Part shown: positions 62,597-64,000 of the stretch, in pieces
How the letters are laid out: each line of letters opens with the position of its first letter
How positions within the stretch are numbered: the first letter of the stretch is position 1
Source: Marsupella aquatica
Lineage: Eukaryota; Plantae; Marchantiophyta
Direction of reading: 5' to 3'
Assembly: GCA_973895155.1 (NCBI GenBank)
Contig: OZ316896.1
Coordinates: forward strand, 2,356,001 to 2,420,000
Length of the DNA: 64,000 bases
Translations under genes and position numbers: made by a program
The notes under the pieces: generated by a model
Databases searched by the model: none
The model's input: only the letters and a program-made list of their open reading frames with translations
What the model was told of the DNA's origin: nothing

Positions 62597-64000
62597 CGAG
62601 AAATCGGAAGGGCGGATTGGAGGTCCAAGAATATTTGGGATTGGGAAGATTTTGCCGGGTGCGAAGTATATTAGAGCGAGGGGAGGACATGGAATCCTCT
62701 GACCATTCGCAGGCTCAGGTAACAGAAACTCAAAGTCTTTGAACCGGAATGTTCTCTACATTGGGGTTGGGAATGCTTGGCCTCCCGAAATAATCCGTGC
62801 CCCCTTAAAATCCCCTTCTGCCGCTGTGGGTGTCCTCGGTGGGAGGTTATAGGTGTCCATTGCTGAGCTTGGTCTCTGTTTGTTTATAGGTCAGATGTCT
62901 CCTTGATCTACTGGCACAGGGTCTGAAGGGGAGTCTGGCATCGATTGTTTATTGATGGAGGGTTGGATTGGATTGGGTTGGGTCTACCTCACTTCTCCCG
63001 TCCACGGGAAAACCCAGGCTCTGGATTGTTGGAAGAAATGGACTTCTCCCCGCTCTTACTGACAACCTGAGCATGGTTTTTCCCGTTGATTGTGACAGAG
63101 AACTGCCCTCTTGTGTTGTATCTCCCTTAAGAAAAACACAGTCTAAAGAGTTACTGATTTCCATTGCCTGTACCAAGCTTTTAAATGCGCAGTGCATGCA
63201 CTCTCAGGTTAGGGTTCTTCTATTTCCTGAATTCTCTTGTGAGGAGCAATCACGGAGGTGTAGTCTTGGTCACATCCGGCAGTGAATGATTATACACGAG
63301 GTGATGCAGTTCGTCTCATACCAGGATTACTCAGATAGACAGAAGGATTCCTTTGGTCCCCAATAGTAGAGAAGTGTGGTTGTTTTAAGTATGGAGAAGG
63401 TGGGATTTGGAACTGTCCGTGTTTCGAACTTGGACTTGGTGTTTATTTGTGTAGGTATATGAAACACCCATGGGGAGGGCCAATATGCATAGCTTTTTAC
63501 TAAGAAAGTTCATGGGTCGTCCAGTACTATTGCGGCCCGGCTCCAAACACCTCCCTGCTCTGGTACACTTAAGACTTGTTATTTGTCATCATCTGTCTGT
63601 GAATACTGTTGAGGGAATGAAGTCCAAGAAGCATACTGCAAAAGGAAAATATTCGTGAGCATTTGTTCTCGTTACTGCGTCACGATACTACAGTCGAGTC
63701 TTGCTTGCTTCAGTGTGATATGCTGTCTGAGAGTGATTGTTAAGGATATAAATCTTGAAGTCCATTGTGTTGATAACTTTGTTGAGATTGCCCTATGGTC
63801 ACCGTGTCTTGATCACTGTGTGAAAGGAATGTGAAAGCTTTGCCACATTGAATTAGCTACTTTCGATCCGTTAACAGTACTGAAGGCCAAAGTGCTGTGC
63901 AGGACATGCTCTCTGCAGTGGCTGCAACTGTAGGGCGTGAGGTCCATGTGTTTGTAAGTCCAGCTGCGGTTCCATCGTCAGACGAGGGGCCATCAGCAAG

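Noticed and set aside
62700-64000. Degenerate retroelement coding sequence at the right edge
   Set aside because: No RT, RNase H, integrase or endonuclease motif could be read in any frame.

Overview
Eukaryotic nuclear DNA from an intron-rich land plant. A non-seed, bryophyte-like plant is my inference from gene content; the sequence does not prove it. Host genes read from spliced exons: a STIG1-family secreted cysteine-rich peptide (+), PRL1/PLRG1 (-), RRP44/DIS3 (+; two GC-AG introns and one probable U12 intron), an Rdx/SelW-fold protein lacking CxxC (+), an ABM-like alpha/beta-barrel protein (+) and SIZ1 (-). Between them lie two decayed PIF/Harbinger transposases, copia-like solo LTRs, MITE/foldback elements, tandem duplications and a 60-bp plastid 16S fragment. 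The most unusual region is the first ~3.9 kb, which looks like one end of an unclassified mobile element transcribed on the minus strand. It contains a GC-rich repeat, a non-coding leader exon, an intron with three back-to-back ~110-140 nt hairpins that share a 36-nt structured apical module but have unrelated, self-complementary stems, then a disrupted intronless protein kinase and a second ORF that runs off the window edge. All calls were made by eye; no searches or folding programs were run.
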